A stretch of DNA of 64,000 nt from a virus (IMGVR_UViG_3300014204_000107:107468-171467), one strand, 5' to 3'; positions 39,622 to 47,523 are shown, numbered from the stretch's first letter. The notes: generated by a model from the letters alone, not told the origin. Made by a program: numbers and translations.

Positions 39622-39719
39622 GCAACTGGTCCAATCAAAGGGATTGCAGATTTCAATAAAATCTATAACAGGATCATGTTAAAGCTAAACATGATTGGGT
39701 TCGAATCCCGCCCGTTGCT
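39622..39719 (+). tRNA. tRNA-Sec/allo-tRNA-like gene with TCA in a distorted anticodon loop
   Basis: 8-bp acceptor gcaactgg/cccgttgc, long D stem caatc/gattg, 9-bp extra arm gatcatgtt/aacatgatt, agat-ttcaataaa-atct. Confidence 0.45.
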
Positions 39720-39762
39720 CAATTTAATGGTTCATTGACATCTTGGATAATTTTGTAATATT

Positions 39763-39833
39763 GTCCGCAAGCCTGATGATGAGGGATTCTGTCTGCAAAA
39801 CAGAAGATGTTGGCTTAAACCCAACTGCGGACT
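39763..39833 (+). tRNA. tRNA-Cys(GCA)
   Basis: gtccgca/tgcggac, U73, ctGCAaa. Confidence 0.8.
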
Positions 39834-40076
39834 CTTTGAAATATTGCAAGGGCAGCCATATGTGGTGTATGGTGTTAAACATTTCTAACCCTTGCAATCT
39901 TATTAATAATGCATGAATAACTAACAATTATTCTCAGCATTACTGCAAAGACAAGTAATTGCCTTTGCAACGAATTCGACGGTGGATCGTACGTCCAAAA
40001 TGCGTAAGCATTAATTGTAGGTGAAGCCGTCCCATCAGGATGTTTCGTACGTTCATCTCGGGAAAAACGTACACAC

Positions 40077-40150
40077 GCGGGATTCGCATAGTTGATTAGT
40101 GCGTCTGACTTCCAATCAGAATTTCGCGGGTTTGAGTCCCGCATCCCGCA
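40077..40150 (+). tRNA. tRNA-Gly(TCC)
   Basis: tctga-ctTCCaa-tcaga. Confidence 0.85.
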
Positions 40151-40154
40151 CAAT

Positions 40155-40227
40155 GCCTTTGAAACATTTAATGGATGATGCCCCGCCTTGTAAGCGGGAG
40201 AATGCGGCTCGATTCCGCACGAAGGCT
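40155..40227 (+). tRNA. tRNA-Thr(TGT)
   Basis: ccgc-ctTGTaa-gcgg. Confidence 0.85.
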
Positions 40228-40238
40228 CAATAATATAT

Positions 40239-40309
40239 GCACTATTCGTATAACGGTAGTATGCTGCGTTGCCAGCGCAGAGATGTCAATTCAACTTTGA
40301 TATAGTGCT
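40239..40309 (+). tRNA. tRNA-Gly(GCC)
   Basis: ctgcg-ttGCCag-cgcag, U73. Confidence 0.85.
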
Positions 40310-40316
40310 CAAATAT

Positions 40317-40389
40317 AGTAACATAGCTCAATTGGTGGAGCGTTTGCCTGATACGCAAAAGGATGTGTGTTCGATTCACATTGTCACTA
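40317..40389 (+). tRNA. tRNA-Ile(GAT)
   Basis: ttgc-ctGATac-gcaa. Confidence 0.8.
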
Positions 40390-40400
40390 CAAAATAAACT

Positions 40401-40474
40401 GCTCCTATGGTGTAATTTGGAAGCATTTTTGCCTTACATGCAAACGGCTATTGGTTCGAATCCAATTGGGAGCA
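40401..40474 (+). tRNA. tRNA-Val(TAC)
   Basis: tttgc-ctTACat-gcaaa. Confidence 0.9.
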
Positions 40475-40479
40475 CAAAT

Positions 40480-40566
40480 GTAGTCGTGGCCGAAATAGGA
40501 TTGAGGCTCCAGCCTTTTAAGCTGGGATCCGTAAGGTGTATGTGGGTTCGAGCCCCACCGACTACA
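40480..40566 (+). tRNA. tRNA with Lys(TTT) anticodon and Leu-like long variable arm
   Basis: ccagc-ctTTTaa-gctgg; 3-bp D stem, ~16-nt extra arm, A73. Confidence 0.75.
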
Positions 40567-40572
40567 CAATTT

Positions 40573-40645
40573 GCCGAGGTGGTACAAAAGATTAAAACGC
40601 ATCGTTGGTATCGATGAGATTCCGGTTTGACTCCGGACCACGGCT
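40573..40645 (+). tRNA. tRNA-Thr(GGT)
   Basis: catcg-ttGGTat-cgatg. Confidence 0.8.
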
Positions 40646-40650
40646 CAAAT

Positions 40651-40723
40651 GACTCGCTAACTCAATTGGTAGAGTACCACCCTTTTAAGGTGGGAGTTCC
40701 GGAATCATGCTCCGGGCGGGTCA
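40651..40723 (+). tRNA. tRNA-Lys(TTT)
   Basis: ccacc-ctTTTaa-ggtgg. Confidence 0.85.
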
Positions 40724-40734
40724 CAAAGTAACAT

Positions 40735-40820
40735 GCATTCGTATCCGTAGCGGCGAACGGTTCAGACTCTTAATCTGATGATGTAACAATCCACCGTGGG
40801 TTCGATTCCCACCGAATGCA
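40735..40820 (+). tRNA. tRNA with Lys(CTT) anticodon and long variable arm
   Basis: tcaga-ctCTTaa-tctga; ~17-nt extra region, A73. Confidence 0.75.
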
Positions 40821-40832
40821 CAATAAAAATAA

Positions 40833-40905
40833 ATGGGAGAGAAGTTTAAAAACAAAACTTTCTTACTTTTCTCAATTAAATGTAGCGATTAGAGAGTTAC
40901 TTCGG
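40833..40905 (+). ncRNA. degenerate Y-RNA-like remnant (3' motif then 5' motif)
   Basis: ttacttttctcaatt followed by aatgtagcgattagagagttacttcg. Confidence 0.45.
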
Positions 40906-41012
40906 TAAAACAACAATCTGTAAAATTGTACATTGTATTTAAACTTTATGTTTAATATTTTATTAATTATTTTTTATTATTGAACTATATATTATAAACA
41001 AGGAGATTTATA

Positions 41013-41777
41013 ATGTATTATTTGGTATATAAAATAACAAACAAATTAAATAATAAAATCTATATTGGTTGCCACATAACTGAAAAATTTAATGACAAAT
41101 ATATGGGTAGTGGTAGATTAATTAGAAAAGCAATTAAAAAGTATGGGTTAGAAAATTTTACTAAAGCAGTCTTATATAATTTTGATAACCAACTTGATAT
41201 GTTGAAGAAAGAAGCGGAGTTGGTTAATAAAGAGTTTATTAAACGCAAAGACACATATAATATTACCGAAGGTGGTACGTTTAATACTAAAGGAATTGCA
41301 GTAGTTAAAGATGCTAATGGTAATGTATTATTTGTTCCTGCAAAAGATAAAAGAATTAAAGATAGAATATTGGTTGGAATGACAACGGGACTTGTTCCTG
41401 TTAAAGATATCAATGGCAATATATTTAGCATTGGCACGAATGATCCAAAATACTTGTCAGGAGAATTTGTTCATATATCTAAAGGTCTTGTTACAGCAAA
41501 AGATAAAGATAGCAATTATTATAATGTTTCAATTGATGATGAAAGAATTAAGTCCGGTGAATTAGTTGGTACAATGAAAGGATTAAAACACACGGATGAA
41601 GCAAAAAAGAAAATTGGAATGGCTAACAAAATACATCAAATGGGCAGTGGGAATAATCAATATGGAACTTGTTGGATTTATAATGTTAAGCTAAAAGAAA
41701 ATAAGAAAATAAAAACTGAAGATCTTGCGTCTTATTTAATAGACGGGTGGATTAAAGGTAGAAAAATGAAATTTTAA
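41013..41777 (+). CDS. Seg-like GIY-YIG homing endonuclease (copy 1)
   Basis: YLVYKITN..NNKIYIG.H...YMGSG; repeated VKDxxGNxFxVxxxDxRxxSGELV units. Confidence 0.85.
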   Translation: MYYLVYKITNKLNNKIYIGCHITEKFNDKYMGSGRLIRKAIKKYGLENFTKAVLYNFDNQLDMLKKEAELVNKEFIKRKDTYNITEGGTFNTKGIAVVKDANGNVLFVPAKDKRIKDRILVGMTTGLVPVKDINGNIFSIGTNDPKYLSGEFVHISKGLVTAKDKDSNYYNVSIDDERIKSGELVGTMKGLKHTDEAKKKIGMANKIHQMGSGNNQYGTCWIYNVKLKENKKIKTEDLASYLIDGWIKGRKMKF

Positions 41778-41782
41778 TATAC

Positions 41783-41877
41783 GGGGAATAAGCATTCGGT
41801 GCTATTACTTTCCTAATTTTCTCAGTTAATGTAGTGACTGGAGAGTTACTTCGGAGGTTCAATCCCTCTGTTCCCCT
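41783..41877 (+). ncRNA. circularly permuted Y RNA (tRNA-order) candidate
   Basis: acceptor ggggaat/gttcccc, D arm gcat/gtgc, T arm ggagg-ttcaatc-cctct; anticodon arm replaced by Y-stem 3' strand plus 5' strand (actttcc/ggagagt, TTACTTCG). Confidence 0.65.
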
Positions 41878-41882
41878 CAAAT

Positions 41883-41954
41883 GCGTCTGTAGTGTAATGC
41901 GTAGCACAAGGGCTTCCAAACCCCTTCGTAAGAGTTCGAATCTTTTCAGGCGCG
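41883..41954 (+). tRNA. tRNA-Trp(CCA)
   Basis: loop ttCCAaa, G73. Confidence 0.8.
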
Positions 41955-42186
41955 CAAGGCAATATCATAGCAAGAATGTATTTTATTATTAGCATTTTTG
42001 TTAGGATATAATATGATGTATGAGATTTCATACATTAAGTCGAAATTAGGGATGTAATGTATGATATTTCATACAAATCTATTAGGTTTGATTTGCTCGA
42101 CTTTTATATTAGGATGATGTAGGATATTACCCAATATAAAACGTCTAACCTAACTTACCTAATCGATGCAGAATTGAAAATACTAT

Positions 42187-42258
42187 GCCGGTATATTTTA
42201 ACAGGTAGAATAAATCACTCGTAATGATTAGATACGGACTCAGCTTCTGTTGCCGGCT
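42187..42258 (+). tRNA. tRNA-Thr(CGT)
   Basis: aatca-ctCGTaa-tgatt; atypical T loop ctcagct. Confidence 0.7.
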
Positions 42259-42269
42259 CAACAAAATTT

Positions 42270-42341
42270 GCTCCTATGGTGTAATGGATAGCATTAGAAT
42301 CCCCTAAATTTTAAGTATAGGTTCGAGCCCTATTAGGAGTG
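42270..42341 (+). tRNA. tRNA-Arg(CCT)
   Basis: agaat-ccCCTaa-atttt. Confidence 0.75.
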
Positions 42342-42450
42342 CAAACATAATTAAATTTATAAAAAAGCAATTATAGCATTTAAGAAAAATTTTTGTTTTT
42401 TTATTTTTTTTCTTATATTTATTGAAAACCAAGGAAAGTACAAAAACATT

Positions 42451-42753
42451 ATGGTTGGTGACATTTACAAGTTGTCGGGTGCTAATAGCAATATTTCGCA
42501 AAAAATAGGAGCCATAGGTATCGTTGTGCAAGAGTTAGCCGATTTATACTTTCTTTGCGGCCAATCTAAACTTGTTCTATTTGCTAATGGAGACTATGAA
42601 GAATTTAATACACATGAGCAAGAATATTTCCTTAATAAAGTTGGCCATTCATCGGAACATGAGCATTATAAATTTACCAATGCTATGCAACTAAATAAAG
42701 ACTACGAGCATGGGTTATGGTACAATGTATTCATAAGAAATTCTACTAAATAA
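42451..42753 (+). CDS. hypothetical protein
   Basis: 100-aa ORF with its own promoter-like box. Confidence 0.65.
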   Translation: MVGDIYKLSGANSNISQKIGAIGIVVQELADLYFLCGQSKLVLFANGDYEEFNTHEQEYFLNKVGHSSEHEHYKFTNAMQLNKDYEHGLWYNVFIRNSTK

Positions 42754-42756
42754 TAT

Positions 42757-42829
42757 GCCACCTTCGTATAACGGATAGTACAACGTGCTTCTACCGCGTT
42801 CGGTGTGGGTTCGAATCCCATGGGTGGTA
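42757..42829 (+). tRNA. tRNA-Arg(TCT)
   Basis: aacgtg-ctTCTac-cgcgtt. Confidence 0.85.
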
Positions 42830-42855
42830 CAATAAACAACAATTTAAAATTAAAA

Positions 42856-43377
42856 ATGGGCAAAACCAATTACAGAATTAACCAAGAAATAAAAGACGAT
42901 AAAGTTAAAGTTATATTTGATAGCGGAGACCAAAAAATTCTTCAAACTTATATAGCTATTAATATAGCAAATAAAGAAGGATTAGATTTAGTTGAAGTAG
43001 GGAAGAATGGCGAATTTCCAATATGTAAAATTCTTGATTACAGGAAGTTTATATATGACCGTGAAAAAAAGGAAAAAGAAAACAAGAAAAAGCAAGTAAA
43101 AATTGAAACAAAGGAAATAAGATTTACTCCTAATACGGGTAAGCATGATTTAGAATTTAAAAAACAACATATAATTGCCTTTTTAAAGGGTGGCAATAAA
43201 GTAAAAATATCAGTTTTCTTCAAAGGGCGTGAAAAAGAAAAGCCAGAACGGGGAGAACTTATATTATACCAACTAATGCAAGAACTAATTGAAGTTAGTA
43301 AAGTTGAAAAATTGCCGAAATTAGAAGGCAATTATCTGTCAACAACACTAACTCCAAAAACAAATGGAAAAATTTAA
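42856..43377 (+). CDS. infC: translation initiation factor IF-3
   Basis: RINQEI, GLDLVEV..PICKILDY.KF.Y, KEIRFTPN.G.HD...K, G.KVKISVFFKGRE. Confidence 0.95.
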   Translation: MGKTNYRINQEIKDDKVKVIFDSGDQKILQTYIAINIANKEGLDLVEVGKNGEFPICKILDYRKFIYDREKKEKENKKKQVKIETKEIRFTPNTGKHDLEFKKQHIIAFLKGGNKVKISVFFKGREKEKPERGELILYQLMQELIEVSKVEKLPKLEGNYLSTTLTPKTNGKI

Positions 43378-43843
43378 AGCATACAATACAGGAATACTTG
43401 AAGGTGGAACAATTGAATACATCAAGAACTACCTTGAAACGCATGACAATGTTACTGTTTATGTTGGAACCGACTCGGTTAACAACAAAACAAGAACAGT
43501 ATTTGCGTCTGTTATCCTTATGTACCGCAAAGGAAAGGGTGGACATTACATCTATGATGTGAAGTTCATGCCAAAAATTCGCGATATGCATTTAAGACTT
43601 TCTAAAGAAATTGAATATTCTCGCACAATTGCAAAGGAATTGCAAGATGCTGGTTTAACTGTTGCTATTGACTTAGATATCAACCCAAGTGATAACCATG
43701 CATCACACGCATTAAAGTACTGGATTGGTAGTTTAATATATGAAGGATTTGATGTTCGCATTAAACCGGTATCTTGGGCTGCTAGCCGAGCTGCAGACTT
43801 TGTACTTGGCAAATATAAGAAAAGAAAGGAAAAGAAGAAATAA
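43364..43843 (+). CDS. RNase H-like YkuK (DUF458) family protein
   Basis: VYVGTDS, RL..E..YS, DLDINP, KP.SWAAS.AAD. Confidence 0.85.
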   Translation: MEKFKAYNTGILEGGTIEYIKNYLETHDNVTVYVGTDSVNNKTRTVFASVILMYRKGKGGHYIYDVKFMPKIRDMHLRLSKEIEYSRTIAKELQDAGLTVAIDLDINPSDNHASHALKYWIGSLIYEGFDVRIKPVSWAASRAADFVLGKYKKRKEKKK

Positions 43844-43925
43844 CACTATTAAGTTTATGCTATACAGGTATCGAAAGAAAATTCCACGTTGTGCATAATG
43901 GTGCAAGTAGCATAAACTTTTTTAC

Positions 43926-44303
43926 GGGCCATACAGGCTTTGATTGCAATGACGATGAAATGTAAGCAAGCATCACCTTATCTAATATGTGATTCATAAA
44001 TTATTAGGTAAACAACTAAACGGCAACGCACAAATAAATGCAGAGGATATAATGTCATATCCTACTATTGTAACAGTTACTAAACCTGTTGCAAGGGTTG
44101 AGCACTTCGAAGAAGTGCTAGCATAAACAGCAAAATTAGTAAGCACGTTTTCTTGCGTGTAAAACACAGGATACAGTTTTTTCTGCTTGTTCTCGAAATA
44201 ATAATAAAAGCAGATATTTTGTTCGCTAAGAAAAACGAAATAAGCTTGTAGAAAATATTTATAAACATTGTAAGACTCGAGTTCGAATCTCGAATGGTCC
44301 ACC
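43926..44303 (+). ncRNA. ssrA: tmRNA
   Basis: acceptor gggccat/atggtcc with G3:U70 and A73, T arm ctcgag-ttcgaat-ctcga, P2 ttgcaatg/cattgtaa, pk1-like atcac/gtgat plus ctaata/tattag, tag frame 44022-44126. Confidence 0.9.
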
Positions 44304-44350
44304 GTGTTGGGTAGAAGACACCAACTAATGTGCCACACACGATGAGAAAT

Positions 44351-44511
44351 GGGCTGTTCACCCATAGTGGAACGTAGAAAGTATAGGGAAAACTTTCGGG
44401 AGTGCCTACCTTCTCTGCGCAGGGAGAACAAGTTTAATTCTAACCAAACCAATGTGCGGCCGTGCATTGGAAGTAGCAAATTGGAAACCTCATATGCTTT
44501 TGGGACAGCCT
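44351..44511 (+). ncRNA. unassigned ~160-nt structured RNA candidate
   Basis: ggctgttc/ggacagcc closing stem; hairpins at 44411-44428 and 44449-44470. Confidence 0.45.
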
Positions 44512-44785
44512 GGTGCTTGCAAGTTGAATAGATTAGAGCATCAATTTTTTGAAGGAGTCTATACTTATTTAGGTATTAGACTTTTTTTGGAGGCGCAAAA
44601 TGGAATCGGAGCTACTAAAGCATATTATAAAGCTATTAAAGTTATAAATAGCTGCAATACATCTGACCAATTATTTTCTTCTGTACAATATTATAAACTA
44701 TATAAAACACTATATCCAGATGAGGTGACTAATATTGCAATGCTAAAAGTTATTTTTACTAAAAAATTTAGAAATTTAAAACATA

Positions 44786-46681
44786 CTAAATCTTAATCAC
44801 TCCTGCTATTTTAACATACAGTTCTTCAAATGAAAATGGTTTGCTGATATATTCGTCAAAGCCATTTTGAAGTGCTTTATCTTTTTCATTATCCATAGTA
44901 ATTGCTGTTACCGCAATTAATTTTATATTACTGTCATATGCTTTTGCTTCTTTTACTATTTGATAGCCATCTTTATATGGTAGATGAATATCACACAAAA
45001 TTAAATCAACTCTATAATTTTTTAATACATTTAAAATATTCTTACCAGTATATGAACTTATAATATTTGCATTAGTTTCCTTTAGTAATAGTTTTAATAA
45101 TTCATATGAATCTTTATCGTCGTCTATAATTAGCACAGTTTTATTAGTTAAATTTGGTATGCATTCACTTAAAGAATTAGTTATAGTTGAATTATCTTCA
45201 ATATCTCCATCAACAGCCATATATTTAACATCGAAATAGAACTTAGACCCGGACCCAAGATTTGAATTTATTTTTATAGTTGAAAAATTAAGAATATTAG
45301 CAAGCTTTTTTGCAATTGATAATCCAAGTCCAACGCCTCTATATTTCTTTCCTGATGCAATTTGTTTAAATGGGCTAAATAAATATAATTGATCCTTTTT
45401 AGATATACCTCTGCCGGTATCTTTAACATAAATGGTTAATTCATCATTGTTGATAATATCATATCCAAATTCAATAACACCTTCATCTGTAAATTTAAGT
45501 GCGTTATCAAGTAAATTATTTAATATTTGTTTTAATCTATCACCATCAGTATTAATGATTATATCTTTATCTTTGATAATATTAAGTTTTATAAACAAAT
45601 TTTCTTTATTTAGTTTTGTTTTTTCTTGCTCATATACAATAAATAAATCAAATAATAATTTATTTAATTTAACTGGCCCTATGTCAAGACTAAGTTGATC
45701 AGATTCTAACTTGGAAAAATCAAGTATATCATCTATAAGTCGCAATAATTTGTTACCATTATTATTGATAATATTAACATAATCAATTTTATCTGACGTG
45801 GGCAAGTCTTTCTGCAACAATAAATTAGAAAATCCTATTATCGCATTCATTGGTGAACGTATTTCATGACTCATGCTGGCCAGGAAGATTGATTTTAATT
45901 TGAATGCATTTTCTGCATCTTCCTTGGCCTTCTTAATATCAGAAGTTAATGTGATATGTTCCGTAATATCATTAATTATTGATATTATATATTTATAACC
46001 ACCAATTTGTATTATTTCTGCATTAAAAAGTGTATTCTTTTTAATACCATCCCTATCTTTAAATATAACAGGCAAATTTTTGATTTTATTATTTTTTGAT
46101 AACAATAACCTAATATTATAAAAATCGGCCTCATCTGAATATAAATTTAGTTCCAATGCGGACTTTCCTATGACATCATTTTTTTTATATTTTGAAATAT
46201 TAACAAACGCGGTATTAATATCTGTGATTTTGTTTGTTTTAATATTTGTAATCAGTATTGGCAATGGTGTTGCATTAAATATAACTTTGAAATTCTTTTC
46301 AAATGTGGTTTCACTATAAGTTGATGAGCCAATACCAATTAATATTTCTTCATTTTTAATAATTCCTTTTATTATTCTTATGCTTATTGGAATTAATTTA
46401 CCAGAAGATGATACCCACGGTATTTTGCATGATACAACACTGTCATCTATCATTTTCTTAAATGTAGATTGGACACATTTTCTTTTATCTAGGTGGTGGA
46501 GGTCAAATATTTGTAATGATAGTAATTCTTTTTTACTATATTCTAATATTTCTTGCGCCGTTTTATTTGAATATAAAATATTTCCGCTATAATTTACAAT
46601 TATCACGCAATCCGATAGATTGTCTATTAAACTAATTATATTTTTACAATAACCACTATCAAAAATATCTTTATCGTTCAT
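44786..46681 (-). CDS. hybrid sensor histidine kinase (2 PAS-HisKA-HATPase-REC)
   Basis: SMSHEIRSPMNAIIGF, QILNNLLDNALKFT, DTGRGI, GLGLSI; REC IIDDD..CDIHLP..SKP. Confidence 0.95.
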   Translation of the reverse strand: MNDKDIFDSGYCKNIISLIDNLSDCVIIVNYSGNILYSNKTAQEILEYSKKELLSLQIFDLHHLDKRKCVQSTFKKMIDDSVVSCKIPWVSSSGKLIPISIRIIKGIIKNEEILIGIGSSTYSETTFEKNFKVIFNATPLPILITNIKTNKITDINTAFVNISKYKKNDVIGKSALELNLYSDEADFYNIRLLLSKNNKIKNLPVIFKDRDGIKKNTLFNAEIIQIGGYKYIISIINDITEHITLTSDIKKAKEDAENAFKLKSIFLASMSHEIRSPMNAIIGFSNLLLQKDLPTSDKIDYVNIINNNGNKLLRLIDDILDFSKLESDQLSLDIGPVKLNKLLFDLFIVYEQEKTKLNKENLFIKLNIIKDKDIIINTDGDRLKQILNNLLDNALKFTDEGVIEFGYDIINNDELTIYVKDTGRGISKKDQLYLFSPFKQIASGKKYRGVGLGLSIAKKLANILNFSTIKINSNLGSGSKFYFDVKYMAVDGDIEDNSTITNSLSECIPNLTNKTVLIIDDDKDSYELLKLLLKETNANIISSYTGKNILNVLKNYRVDLILCDIHLPYKDGYQIVKEAKAYDSNIKLIAVTAITMDNEKDKALQNGFDEYISKPFSFEELYVKIAGVIKI

Positions 46682-46818
46682 GGGGTGGAATCAAGATGCT
46701 AATGCTAATTATATATATACCACATAGAATTTAAAATGTCAATATTATAATTAATTTTTTATTGCATTAGTTAGGTGGGAAAATAATGGCTTATAAAAAT
46801 TATTATATGCTATTTGTG

Positions 46819-46906
46819 CGGAGGGAACAGGATTCGAACCTGCAACTCAATTGCTTGAGACTTGTTTTCCAAACAAGAACGGTCAACCATTACGTCTTAC
46901 CCCTCC
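46819..46906 (-). tRNA. tRNA-Ser(GGA)
   Basis: cttgt-ttGGAaa-acaag, long arm, G73. Confidence 0.85.
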
Positions 46907-46913
46907 ATATTTG

Positions 46914-47000
46914 CGGTAAACATAGGAATCGAACCTAATTCAATTGCTTGAACGCATTGTTTTCGAGACAAGCATGCTAACACATAGCATTTTATTTACC
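46914..47000 (-). tRNA. tRNA-Ser(CGA)
   Basis: loop ctCGAaa, long arm. Confidence 0.8.
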
Positions 47001-47012
47001 AAATATTAGTTG

Positions 47013-47102
47013 CGGAAGAAATTGGAATCGAACCAAAGCCGGCTCTGCACCGACCACACCGTTTTCAAGACGGGTCCGCTAACACATAGCGGTTTATCTT
47101 CC
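47013..47102 (-). tRNA. tRNA-Ser(TGA)
   Basis: loop ctTGAaa, long arm. Confidence 0.8.
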
Positions 47103-47112
47103 ATTTTATTTG

Positions 47113-47199
47113 CGGAGAACAACGGAGTCGAACCGTATCCAGTTTCCCGAACGCATTGCTTAGCAGGCAAGCCCCATTACACAAATGGGTTTATTCTCC
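47113..47199 (-). tRNA. tRNA-Ser(GCT)
   Basis: loop ctGCTaa, long arm. Confidence 0.8.
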
Positions 47200-47203
47200 A
47201 TAT

Positions 47204-47288
47204 TGGTGACCTTGGTGGAAGTCGAATCCACAACCCTGCCGGGTACGGTTTCTTAGACCGTTGCGTTTACCAGTTTCGCCACAAAGCC
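47204..47288 (-). tRNA. tRNA-Leu(AAG)
   Basis: acggt-ctAAGaa-accgt, long arm, encoded ACCA. Confidence 0.85.
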
Positions 47289-47295
47289 ATTTTAG

Positions 47296-47366
47296 TAGTT
47301 CTAATAGGACTCGAACCTATACTCATTGCTTCAGAGGCAATGTTGCTACATTACAATCATAGAACT
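47296..47366 (-). tRNA. tRNA-Gln(CTG)
   Basis: attgc-ctCTGaa-gcaat. Confidence 0.75.
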
Positions 47367-47448
47367 ATTATTACATATTAGGTAAACAGTTCCAGCTGAG
47401 CCCTAAGACCAGCACTACCGACCTGTAAGTAGTTCATAATATGTAATG

Positions 47449-47523
47449 TGCTCCTGCTCAGATTCGAACTGAGATATTTACGCTTTTAAGACGTTTGCCA
47501 GCGGCCGATTGGGCTACAGGAGC
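47449..47523 (-). tRNA. tRNA-Leu(TAA), short variable loop
   Basis: acgt-ctTAAaa-gcgt; 5-nt variable region. Confidence 0.75.

Noticed and set aside
39912-40075. Additional tRNA-like gene(s)
   Set aside because: Several hairpins are present, but no consistent acceptor/T-arm/anticodon set could be assigned; left uncalled.
42270-42341. Amber suppressor reading of loop ccctaaa
   Set aside because: Stem pairing supports loop cccctaa, i.e. Arg(CCT).
38916-44531. ORF-track proteins overlapping the tRNA/tmRNA arrays (e.g. 38916-39149, 39369-39659, 40363-40617, 43994-44479, 47010-47381)
   Set aside because: They are incidental frames over structured RNA genes with no protein-like features.
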